Positions 56,206-64,000 of a DNA stretch of 64,000 nucleotides are shown here, one piece after another. The translations under genes and the position numbers were made by a program. This stretch comes from Patescibacteria group bacterium (GTDB lineage Bacteria > Patescibacteriota > Microgenomatia > UBA8517). The notes below the pieces were generated by a model. It was not told the origin of the DNA. It did not search any database and saw only the letters and a program-made list of their open reading frames with translations. The DNA is taken from assembly GCA_022868165.1 (NCBI GenBank), contig JALHYA010000010.1, forward strand, positions 375 through 64,374, in the 5' to 3' direction. Position 1 is the first letter of the stretch; every line of letters starts with the position of its first letter.

Positions 56206-58375
56206 GGTAATGACATTTTTTATATTTTTTTCCACTTCCACAATAGCATGGGTCATTTCTACCAATCTTCCTGGAGATCATTTGTCCAGGTTTAATCATC
56301 ACATCAGCAAGTTTTTGGAGTTTTGGGTCTTCATGCCATGGTTCATTAGAATACACGACTGAATCGATTATATTGGGACTTTCGGCATAGCTACCTAATC
56401 CTAACCACTCATCAGCTTTTGTAATGTACTTCCTGGAAACTGAATAAGCCATAATATGCTCATGCAGACCCTTCCTTCTCTCATATTCCACAACATATGT
56501 GATACCTCCTTTACCATGATCCAAAGGCATTGCCATGGAATGTGGGCCATGGTCACTTAAAGCTTTTGTTTTAGCAGACTCCATCATTTTGATAAGAGTA
56601 TCTGCTGTCTTGCTGGAAAGGGTATATAAAAAGAAAATTGCATCAGTTAATCCTGGCTCTTTTGAAGCTTTGATCTGCGTTATGAGCTTAGTAAAGCTTT
56701 CATTCTTCCATTTTTGTCTGATCTTACTTTTTTTCTTATCTTCCTCTGATCCATACCTTTGTCTCATGACATCATCATCAATTACTTGTCCAAAATCTTG
56801 AACAAGAGCTATATGGGTAGCGTCAGAAGCAGGGTCGATATACAGTTTTTGATCTAAGTGATAGCCAAGACTTGTAATTTCAGTACCACCCATAATTTTA
56901 TCAGCAAGTTTTACTCTCTGATTAACGTAATAGAGAAAATCATATGGGTCTGGTAAATACGTAGTTAGTAAATCCAAATCAAATATGTTCATCGCAATTG
57001 GCCATGGATCACTTTCTTTTCTTTCTAAAAAAGCGTGCACCTGCATATAAAGAGCAGGGTAATTGTCAGTTGTAACGGAAACGATATAAGCTTCGTTGAT
57101 AGACTCGTGTAGCTTGATTTCATTGCCATTTGCATCGATAAACACCGCATCACGAGCTAAAATGTGCTGTTTTGATTCAAGGCCTTGTTCATAGGCCTCT
57201 TGTACAGCCTTTCGAAAGTCAATTCCTAATTGGTTGAGATCACCTTTTCGAGATAGAAAAGTCATTTTTTTGGATTTTGCTTGGACTGCAATTGCTTTGT
57301 TACCAAGTAGAACCAGGACATCAACATCTGTAAAGACTAATCCTTTCTTTTTTATACCTTCACCTTTTTGTCTTTGGATTTTTGCACCTTTATAGACATT
57401 AGATTCACCAAAAACTCGTTTAAGTTTTTGAAAAGCTACTTCTTCGGTATATTCACCTCTATGCTTCTGTGCTGTTGGAAAGTATTTTTCATCAAGCTCC
57501 TTTACCCAATAAAAAGGGCTTTCATCGATTGCCCTGGATAAGTCAAAGGAAACAGGAAGCAAATAGTTTGTATCTGAAATCCTTATTAGTGGCTTAGTTT
57601 CTATCTCATTAGAATCAGATGGGGCTCTAAACGATTTGTTGCTTTTTCCTGGTACAACTGAGAAACGAGTAGCAATTTTTTGAGCAACGGTCTTATCGAA
57701 ACCTATCTCATCAGTGTTAACGGTAAATATACTCAAAACCCACTCACAAAAAGATCGAAAATCACTTTTTTCTGGAGGTTCAGGTCGTATCCTTTCAGCA
57801 GATTCTTTTACTGTTTTAGAAAACAAAACCGCATCTTCAATTGAAAAACCAAGATGCTCGATAATCCACTCCTTATCTTTGGCGTATCTTACTGGTGCAG
57901 ATTCCCAATACTGGAAGTCGTACGCACCTGAATCTCCATAAAATACAGATTCCACAATTGCTTCTGATGATGTGAATATACCCGGACGGGGAGGTATCGG
58001 TAGGCCTTGCTCCTTACGTTTCATTGTTTTTTCAATCATAGAGCTGAAAGCTGTTAGGCTATAATAATCATGCACTTTTTGGAGTAGAGGATATGTCTGA
58101 TCAATGTACTTTTTAGCAGTTTCTTCGTCTGGTACAGTTTCCAAATCTAAGGGTCTTTTGATTACGAGACCAAAAAGTAGTCCTACTTCTTGGTAACTTA
58201 CTCTGTCCCACCAATTTACATTTAGGTATTGGTCTAATGGAATGAATAAGTCATGAAGCGTAATTATCAAAAGTGAGTACAAATAACCAGGTTTACTCAC
58301 AAGCTCTTCCAGCTCTTTAAGTGTCGTTTCTAAGTTAGGTATTTTCCCTGCATCATCTTTATCTTTTTTTGCCAT
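56198..58375 (-). CDS. SEC-C motif protein with central NERD/PD-(D/E)XK-like nuclease domain
   Basis: DVDVLV....IAVQAKSK; KIGRNDPCYCGSGKKYKKC. Confidence 0.85.
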   Translation of the reverse strand: MAKKDKDDAGKIPNLETTLKELEELVSKPGYLYSLLIITLHDLFIPLDQYLNVNWWDRVSYQEVGLLFGLVIKRPLDLETVPDEETAKKYIDQTYPLLQKVHDYYSLTAFSSMIEKTMKRKEQGLPIPPRPGIFTSSEAIVESVFYGDSGAYDFQYWESAPVRYAKDKEWIIEHLGFSIEDAVLFSKTVKESAERIRPEPPEKSDFRSFCEWVLSIFTVNTDEIGFDKTVAQKIATRFSVVPGKSNKSFRAPSDSNEIETKPLIRISDTNYLLPVSFDLSRAIDESPFYWVKELDEKYFPTAQKHRGEYTEEVAFQKLKRVFGESNVYKGAKIQRQKGEGIKKKGLVFTDVDVLVLLGNKAIAVQAKSKKMTFLSRKGDLNQLGIDFRKAVQEAYEQGLESKQHILARDAVFIDANGNEIKLHESINEAYIVSVTTDNYPALYMQVHAFLERKESDPWPIAMNIFDLDLLTTYLPDPYDFLYYVNQRVKLADKIMGGTEITSLGYHLDQKLYIDPASDATHIALVQDFGQVIDDDVMRQRYGSEEDKKKSKIRQKWKNESFTKLITQIKASKEPGLTDAIFFLYTLSSKTADTLIKMMESAKTKALSDHGPHSMAMPLDHGKGGITYVVEYERRKGLHEHIMAYSVSRKYITKADEWLGLGSYAESPNIIDSVVYSNEPWHEDPKLQKLADVMIKPGQMISRKIGRNDPCYCGSGKKYKKCHYLK

Positions 58376-58512
58376 ATTATCAAGCTAATTTGTGCTTCTA
58401 TTTTATCACAAGAGTTGAGTAAGAGATGACCCATAGTTGCTTTTTCAAGGACGATTTAGTAGTATTTTATTAGGCTAAACATTTAGCTTTTTCGACAGCT
58501 TTTGTCGAAACG

Positions 58513-58795
58513 GAAATAGGTTTCGTATACATACGAACCAGAGCTGGTAAACTCTGAAATAGCCAAGCACAAGACTGCTGATAGAGCTTATAAGCAGGAG
58601 ATTGAAGGGTTTTTGACCTTCTGCAATCTAGTTCCGAAGCTATTTGCAAGTTCGAGACCGGCCTTACAAAGGGAGTTACTTAGATTCGTTGTCTCGAACG
58701 TTTCTGTGAGGGATAAAAAGGTCGAATATACGCTTAAAACACCCTTTGACCTAGTAGCCAAGTACTCTCAAAGTGAGAATTGGCAGGGGTGGTAG
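58513..58795 (+). pseudogene. Large serine recombinase remnant reading into the tRNA-Trp 3' end
   Basis: Frame from ~58541: ELVNSEIAKHKTADRAY..LFASS..RELLRFVVSN..KTPFD..NWQGW*; GFVYIRT just upstream in another frame. Confidence 0.7.
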
Positions 58796-58854
58796 GAATC
58801 GAACCTACGTTCGAGGTTTTGGAGACCTCCGGCCTACCACTGACCGACACCCCT
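58781..58854 (-). tRNA. tRNA-Trp(CCA)
   Basis: Anticodon arm GAGGT-CTCCAAA-ACCTC; 3' CCA. Confidence 0.95.
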
Positions 58855-58929
58855 AAGTTTATACTGATTTTCTCTTGAATCTCCCTTGTATTTTATCCTA
58901 AGTGGCTAGTAAGCTCAAATATAGCTTGT

Positions 58930-59372
58930 ATGATATATCATTATATCATCCAAGGTTTTGGAGCGTTCGGAGGATATCTTTCCTGGGGGAAACATCTAGA
59001 ATTTTCTTAACGGCTTCCTTTAAAGCCTTCAAATTTTGCCACTTAGCGAGCTTGGAAATAACAAAACTTTTGTCGCTTGCCGGTATTTCGAGAAGTTGTA
59101 GTTTGATTCTGGATACCGTTTGTCTGGTTGTGTTTGTAAATTCGGCAATTTTATCTTGATTTACCCCTTCAGATAAGAGAAGCATGATTATTGCCCTTTT
59201 TCGAAGCATTTCCTGCTCGGTTTTTGTTAGAAGTGTAGAGAAAGTTTTTATGACTTTTTGACGCTCCAGGCTGGTAAAAATTGTCAATAATGCTTCTTGA
59301 AAAAGCTCGTTATTTTTAGAAGAAAGTTTTTTTCTGGAAACGTGAGTCATGTATCATATAATGATATATCAT
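58930..59372. repeat. 17-bp perfect inverted repeats bracketing the TrpR-like gene
   Basis: ATGATATATCATTATAT at 58930-58946 and its reverse complement at 59356-59372. Confidence 0.85.
58946..59350 (-). CDS. TrpR/YerC-YecD-like DNA-binding protein
   Basis: LLT.TE..ML.KR..I..LL..G....I....T..TVSRI. Confidence 0.8.
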   Translation of the reverse strand: MTHVSRKKLSSKNNELFQEALLTIFTSLERQKVIKTFSTLLTKTEQEMLRKRAIIMLLLSEGVNQDKIAEFTNTTRQTVSRIKLQLLEIPASDKSFVISKLAKWQNLKALKEAVKKILDVSPRKDILRTLQNLG

Positions 59373-59411
59373 CAATAAGCGGATTGGCAAGGCTGGTGGG
59401 TTTTTAAACTT

Positions 59412-59585
59412 TTATTTAAGCTTGGAAGTTTCCTTGTGAGGCGTAACCTTTCTGCAGGTTCTGCAGTACTTATTTAATACCAGTTTTCCCTCCATATTAA
59501 TCTTATTCCGCTCTGTTATGTAGTTTTGGCTCTTGCAGACGGAACAAATCAAAGCAACCAGCTCTCTTGCACCTTTTTTTGCCAT
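59412..59585 (-). CDS. rpmG: 50S ribosomal protein L33, 57 aa (not in ORF track)
   Basis: MAKKGARELVALICSVCKSQNYITERNK..KYCRTCRKVTPHKE. Confidence 0.95.
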   Translation of the reverse strand: MAKKGARELVALICSVCKSQNYITERNKINMEGKLVLNKYCRTCRKVTPHKETSKLK

Positions 59586-59622
59586 ACGTTGGATATTCTA
59601 TCACACCTTGAGCTCGAACGAG

Positions 59623-59694
59623 AGCCGAGGGTGGGAATCGGACCCACGACCTAGTCATTACCAATGACTTGCTCTGCCACTGAGCCACCTCGGC
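59623..59694 (-). tRNA. tRNA-Thr(GGT)
   Basis: AGTCA-TTGGTAA-TGACT; T-loop reads TCCGATT. Confidence 0.92.
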
Positions 59695-59703
59695 GCAAGG
59701 GAA

Positions 59704-59808
59704 TTATAGCAGCATTCAAGAAGACGCTGCAATTTGATTGCGGCGATGAATTGACGCTGATATGTCATTCTCACTTAGGTGCGAAGCCGCGAAAGCGGAG
59801 AATGCCAT
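59704..59808 (+). mobile_element. Palindromic element, copy 3
   Basis: CGCTGCAAT-TTG-ATTGCGGCG and CCGC-GAAA-GCGG in the same scaffold as copy 1. Confidence 0.65.
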
Positions 59809-59831
59809 AACAAATGCTGTTATACTTAGAT

Positions 59832-59924
59832 ATGATTCGATGGCAGGCTCTGTTCTTGATTTTAGCCGGGATTATACTAATTCTTCTTATCTATATCCTC
59901 AAAATCCACCCACCAAAGATGTAG
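59832..59924 (+). CDS. Putative 30-aa single-TM microprotein
   Basis: MIRWQALFLILAGIILILLIYILKIHPPKM*; TGT-TATACT 5 nt upstream. Confidence 0.5.
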   Translation: MIRWQALFLILAGIILILLIYILKIHPPKM

Positions 59925-59944
59925 CAGGCACGAACGAATGTGAG

Positions 59945-60029
59945 TGCCAAGGCTAGGATTCGAACCTAGGTAGGCCTTTCGACCGCCAGATTTACAGTCT
60001 GGTGCGATTGTCCGCTCCGCCACCTTGGC
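59945..60029 (-). tRNA. tRNA-Tyr(GTA)
   Basis: CCAGA-CTGTAAA-TCTGG; long variable arm. Confidence 0.95.
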
Positions 60030-60030
60030 C

Positions 60031-60105
60031 TGGAGCCGACGAGAGGATTCGAACCTCTGACTTGCTGTTTACAAAACAGCTACTCTACCGCTGAGTTACG
60101 CCGGC
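60031..60105 (-). tRNA. tRNA-Thr(TGT)
   Basis: GCTGT-TTTGTAA-ACAGC; 3' CCA. Confidence 0.95.
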
Positions 60106-60130
60106 TGGGAACATACGAATTATACCAAAA

Positions 60131-60283
60131 AATGACCCTGCTTCGGAGGTTGGGCTAAATTTTCCTGGAAAATCCAGGTGGGTAAGCTGCTTCCAAGCCC
60201 AAGGGCTTGGAAGACTCCGCCTTCCCTAAATCAGTAAGTGGTCAGGAAAGTTTAACCTTCAACCCCCTCAATCAGGGTCAATT
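60131..60283 (-). ncRNA. Rod-shaped ~150-nt structured RNA, probably 6S RNA
   Basis: Nested stems TGACCCTG/CAGGGTCA, GGGGTTG/CAACCTC, GGTTAAA/TTTAGCC, TTTCCTG/CAGGAAA; central bubble; terminal hairpin; TGC-TAAAAT upstream. Confidence 0.6.
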
Positions 60284-60317
60284 CTATTTTAGCAAACTAG
60301 TCAAGCCCAAGTAAGGC

Positions 60318-60968
60318 CTAAATAACGGGGTTTCCGGGGATGAATAGCCTCAAAATTACATTTATAATCGGGTAAATAACGATAGAAATAAGCGAATTCC
60401 CTCCGAAAAGAGGGAAGAGAAGAAAAAGAAGAAGGACCAGTCCGTAGCGTCTCAGGAAAATATCCAATTCATAGGCCTCTTTTTTGGGAAGAAGTCCAAT
60501 TAAAATTTTTCCTCCATCCAATGGATGAACGGGGATCAAGTTAAAAATAGCCAGACCCACATTTACAAGAATTAAGGCATAAAAAAGTCCGGAGAGAGCA
60601 ATTGCCGAGGAAAAAGGAGCCAGGGTTAAGCGCAAGAATAGAGCGCTCAAAGTGGCAATGATTAGGTTGGATGCCGGCCCCGCAAGCGAGATAAGTGCCG
60701 CATCCCGCTTGGGATTGGCCAGATTATATGGGTCGTATTCCACGGGTTTTGCCCAGCCGACCACTATAGGGGAGCCTAAAAAGATTAAGATTAACGGAAT
60801 AAGTACCGTGCCGTAGATATCCAAGTGTGCCAGGGGATTTAAGGTTAGCCTTCCCATAGCTCTGGCGGTTGGGTCGCCGAGCCTATCCGCCATCCAAGCG
60901 TGCGATGCCTCGTGGACGGTTATGGCGACCAAAAACCCAAGAATTAGATAGACTACTGATATTTGCAT
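60318..60968 (-). CDS. Site-2 protease (M50)
   Basis: HEASH, AGP.SN, FNLIP..PLDG. Confidence 0.93.
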   Translation of the reverse strand: MQISVVYLILGFLVAITVHEASHAWMADRLGDPTARAMGRLTLNPLAHLDIYGTVLIPLILIFLGSPIVVGWAKPVEYDPYNLANPKRDAALISLAGPASNLIIATLSALFLRLTLAPFSSAIALSGLFYALILVNVGLAIFNLIPVHPLDGGKILIGLLPKKEAYELDIFLRRYGLVLLLFLLFPLFGGNSLISIVIYPIINVILRLFIPGNPVI

Positions 60969-61032
60969 GCTTTACTCTGCCTGCGTGCTAATAGTATAAT
61001 ACCTACGCTCGACTCCATAAAGTCGAATTCAT

Positions 61033-61284
61033 ATGGCATACATCTGCGACATTTGCGGCAAAACCTCAGTCTACGGACGCTCACAGCGCCACGGCCGCGG
61101 TGTGGCGGGAAAGCGATGGAGCAAAAGGGCCCAGGTCACACCGAGGCTTTTTAAGCCTAATCTTCAAAAGGCCAGCGTTATTGTGAACGGTGTCAAAAAG
61201 CAAATGCGCATCTGCGCCAAAGATTTGAAGAAATTAAGAAGTGTGGAAAAGGGAAAGTCTTACAAGGGTATGGCGCTTGCGTAG
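61033..61284 (+). CDS. rpmB: 50S ribosomal protein L28
   Basis: CDICGK, FKPNLQ. Confidence 0.92.
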   Translation: MAYICDICGKTSVYGRSQRHGRGVAGKRWSKRAQVTPRLFKPNLQKASVIVNGVKKQMRICAKDLKKLRSVEKGKSYKGMALA

Positions 61285-62144
61285 GCATCAAGAAATTGCT
61301 TCCAGCTGACAGGAGTTTTTCCTTCCAATTGAACTTCATTCGGAACAAGTTTTTCTCCTTCCAGGTGTGCTTTGAGTATTTTAATCCTTAATTCTTTATT
61401 CATGATTTTTATCTTGCTCCATGCTCCGGGCCAGGGGAACATTGCGCGGATAAAGCGCTCCACAACCTGGGGAGATGATTTGCCTTCCAGGGCTGCTTTT
61501 AAATATTCAAAGGGGATAAAGCCATGCTCTTTATCGGCCCTGATTGTAAAGGTTGCTTCACTATCGTCCTGTTTCCTTGGATGAATTTTTCCGGCCAAAT
61601 AAGCCGGCATAAGCGCAACCAATATATCCGCACTTCTTTCAAACAACCTTTTTCTTAGAGACTCGGTGGTGTCGTCTTTCAAAATTTCTTCTTTAAATTG
61701 CGCATAAATATCTCCATGGTCGAGTTTGTCGTCAAGTTTAATTATGCTTACCCCGGTTTCTGCCTCGCCTGCGGCAATAGCTGCCTGCACGGGAGATGCT
61801 CCGCGATATTTGGGCAAAAGCGAAGGGTGGATATTTAGAATTCCTTTGGGGAAAAGTTTGATTACTTCCGGCGGAATAATTTCTCCGTATGCCGCCAAAA
61901 CTCCCAAATCGGCTTCCACGCCCTTTTCAATAAGCTCGCGCGAAGAGTGAAAGATGGAAATTTTTCTTTTGTATGCAAAGTTATCCACGGGTGAATAGGT
62001 AAGTAGCTGTTTTCTTCCGGTTGGCTGGGGTGCTTGGGTGATAACTGCAATAACCGCCTTATCTTTGGGTGAATCAAACTCTTTGCGCAAGGCGTCCAAA
62101 ATCGGAATAACATACTCGGGTGTACCGAAAAATACGATTTTCAT
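61260..62144 (-). CDS. fmt: Methionyl-tRNA formyltransferase
   Basis: FFGTP, NIHPSLLPKYRG.SP, PWPGA. Confidence 0.95.
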   Translation of the reverse strand: MKIVFFGTPEYVIPILDALRKEFDSPKDKAVIAVITQAPQPTGRKQLLTYSPVDNFAYKRKISIFHSSRELIEKGVEADLGVLAAYGEIIPPEVIKLFPKGILNIHPSLLPKYRGASPVQAAIAAGEAETGVSIIKLDDKLDHGDIYAQFKEEILKDDTTESLRKRLFERSADILVALMPAYLAGKIHPRKQDDSEATFTIRADKEHGFIPFEYLKAALEGKSSPQVVERFIRAMFPWPGAWSKIKIMNKELRIKILKAHLEGEKLVPNEVQLEGKTPVSWKQFLDAYASAIPL

Positions 62145-62196
62145 AATAATTTAATGATATCCTTCGACTCCTTTCAGTCGCTCAGGATGTCGCTCG

Positions 62197-62730
62197 TTAC
62201 ACGAGCTCCACCTCCTCCCATTCGCTGTTTTTATCTAGCTTATAGAGCGGTTTTTTGTCCTCTAGAAGCCTGTCGATAAAAAGCTTTCCATTTAAATGGT
62301 CGACCTCATGCAGAACTATTTGCGCATAGAAATCTTTAAACTCCTCGACTTTTTCGCTGCCCTTTTCATCCGTATATTTAAGTTTAACGACGGCCGAACG
62401 CTTTAAGGGGCCGTAATAGTTGGGGAGAGAAAGACAGCCCTCCATGATTGACTTGTTACTAGTGACTTGTGGCTTGTGACTGGTTTTTGAAAGCGCAAGG
62501 ATTTCGGGATTGATGCACACGCGGCTAACGTTTTTAAAGCTAAACACGAAAATCCTCAAGTTTTTACCGATTTGCGGCGCGGCAAGACCGACTCCCTCCG
62601 GCTCTTTCTGAATAGCCAGAGTGTCAACAAGGTCGCGTACTATCTGTTCGACCTTCTTGTCCATGCCGATTACCGGTTTGGAAGGCTCGCGCAAACCAGG
62701 GTCACGAATATTGAGAATTTTCCGTATCAT
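62197..62730 (-). CDS. def: Peptide deformylase
   Basis: GVGLAAPQ, EGCLS, HEVDHLNG. Confidence 0.97.
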   Translation of the reverse strand: MIRKILNIRDPGLREPSKPVIGMDKKVEQIVRDLVDTLAIQKEPEGVGLAAPQIGKNLRIFVFSFKNVSRVCINPEILALSKTSHKPQVTSNKSIMEGCLSLPNYYGPLKRSAVVKLKYTDEKGSEKVEEFKDFYAQIVLHEVDHLNGKLFIDRLLEDKKPLYKLDKNSEWEEVELV

Positions 62731-62754
62731 TGGCCTAGTATATCAGAATTGAGG

Positions 62755-64000
62755 CTACTTTCCGACTTCCTCGAGTTGCTGCTTTGTAATCGAGTCGTTC
62801 GGGTCGATATATTTCAGAATATATTCAAGCTGGGCTCTTGCCTCTTTTTTGTCGCCCCTATCGTTTAAGAGAATCGCAAGGGCGAGTCTGGCTTCTTTAT
62901 AGTTGGCTTTAATATCAACCGTGTGCTGCAAAGTCTGTAAGGCCTCGTCGTTTTGGCCCAGGCGGGAATAGATAAGTCCCAGGTTGTAGTAAAGCTTGGC
63001 GTCGGTCGGGGCCAGTTTTATCGCATCCAACAGAACCGCCAGCGCGTCGTTTAAATAACTGGGGTTTATTATTGCCAGTTTAATAAACATGCTAACCCTG
63101 CTTCGCCTCAAATTTACATTTGCGGGTGAAAGTTTTACTGCACCATCCGATTCGATAGTTGCGGCGTCCGCAAACTGCTGGGCTTTGTCTTTCTGATGGT
63201 CCTGTGCAAGTGTAACCGCAATCGAGGAATAACTGCTGGAAATTTCGTTGTGGAAAATCGCCTCATTGGGGGATAACCTTTCGGCTTGAATGAGATATTG
63301 CGCGCCTTTCGCAAATTGGGACGAATCGTCGTAAAGTTTCCCTTTTGCGTAAAGAAGGTCGGCATACCAATATCTGCCGATAACTATCAACAGCCAGCTT
63401 CCAACTAACAACAGGATAACTATTGCAGCTTTTTGTCCGCTTGAAAGTTTTTTGAGTTGGAAATCGTTTGTCATCAGTTGGTTGTTCGCCAGTGCTATAG
63501 CGATTGCGGGAAAAAGAAAAAACTGCAAATTTACAGGAACTACGGAAAATCCGAAAAAGTTTGAAACCAAAATGCTTATATATCCGGCGGCAAATGCTGA
63601 CTGCCTTTTCTTATAAAAGAGAACAAGCGTAGATACTATTAATATAAGGTAGGAGACAATTCCGACGGTTCCCGTATTGGCCATAAAGTTGAGGTATTCG
63701 TTGTGTGCCTTGTTATAAAGAAAATCCCACTCCGAAACCAAGTTGTGTTCAACCGGACGAAAGTTGTAGTAGGAATAGGCGAATGTTTCTACGCCGGTTC
63801 CTAAGATAGGATAGTGTTTCCAGATTTCTATTGCGCCTTTCCAAACAATTCTTCTTATTGTTCCCGAGTCTGTTCCACCGACCTCTAAGGCCGGACCGCT
63901 TGAAGAAGTTGTGGTCGGAACATTAATAATTAGGGTTTTATTTTTAATGAAATCCGGTAGTGAAGGGGTAAGCTGTGTGCCAAAAGCAAGCGCCAATATA
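62755..64000 (-). CDS. O-antigen-ligase-like membrane protein with C-terminal TPRs (5' end beyond window)
   Basis: R..VW, PILGTG, AHNEYL, TPR helices. Confidence 0.88.
   Translation of the reverse strand, partial: ILALAFGTQLTPSLPDFIKNKTLIINVPTTTSSSGPALEVGGTDSGTIRRIVWKGAIEIWKHYPILGTGVETFAYSYYNFRPVEHNLVSEWDFLYNKAHNEYLNFMANTGTVGIVSYLILIVSTLVLFYKKRQSAFAAGYISILVSNFFGFSVVPVNLQFFLFPAIAIALANNQLMTNDFQLKKLSSGQKAAIVILLLVGSWLLIVIGRYWYADLLYAKGKLYDDSSQFAKGAQYLIQAERLSPNEAIFHNEISSSYSSIAVTLAQDHQKDKAQQFADAATIESDGAVKLSPANVNLRRSRVSMFIKLAIINPSYLNDALAVLLDAIKLAPTDAKLYYNLGLIYSRLGQNDEALQTLQHTVDIKANYKEARLALAILLNDRGDKKEARAQLEYILKYIDPNDSITKQQLEEVGK

Noticed and set aside
56198-58375. secA
   Set aside because: Only the SEC-C motif is shared; no ATPase motifs.
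59623-59694. tRNA-Thr pseudogene because the T-loop reads TCCGA
   Set aside because: All stems pair and context is canonical; treated as a variant.
60131-60283. SRP RNA (contains GGAAGCAGC)
   Set aside because: Lacks the opposing CAGG and the GNRA tetraloop of helix 8.
1-64000. Alternative genetic code (TGA=Gly)
   Set aside because: Core genes are intact under code 11 and several end in TGA.

Overview
The window looks like the chromosome of a Patescibacteria/CPR bacterium (Microgenomates, Woesebacteria-like; inferred from gene content and leaderless promoters; genetic code 11). 1-18.3 kb, minus strand: two giant surface proteins. One exceeds 2170 aa, runs off the left edge and is missing from the ORF track. 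The other is 3258 aa with an integrase-like DNA-binding N-terminus, coupled to a catalytic-less integrase core-binding protein. 18.8-48 kb is mostly core genes: leuS, comEA/comEC, argS, ndk, mreB, uppS, ipk, a five-gene ATP-grasp/peptidase/GNAT operon, secE-nusG-rplK-rplA-rplJ-rplL, rnhB and rpsU. 51.5-58.8 kb is an accessory array ending at tRNA-Trp with a large-serine-recombinase remnant and repeated attP-like half-sites between cargo genes. Then come a TrpR-like gene in 17-bp inverted repeats, rpmG, tRNAs, a 6S-like RNA, rpmB, fmt and def. Strongest leads: (i) the cassette-like att array at tRNA-Trp; (ii) gene ends duplicated with synonymous recoding (HTH gene, nusG/rplK); (iii) the integrase-head giant fibre protein; (iv) four copies of a covarying ~110-bp IS200/IS605-like palindromic element; (v) heptamer repeats inserted in frame in many core genes. 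Family assignments come from motif recognition by eye; no searches were run.
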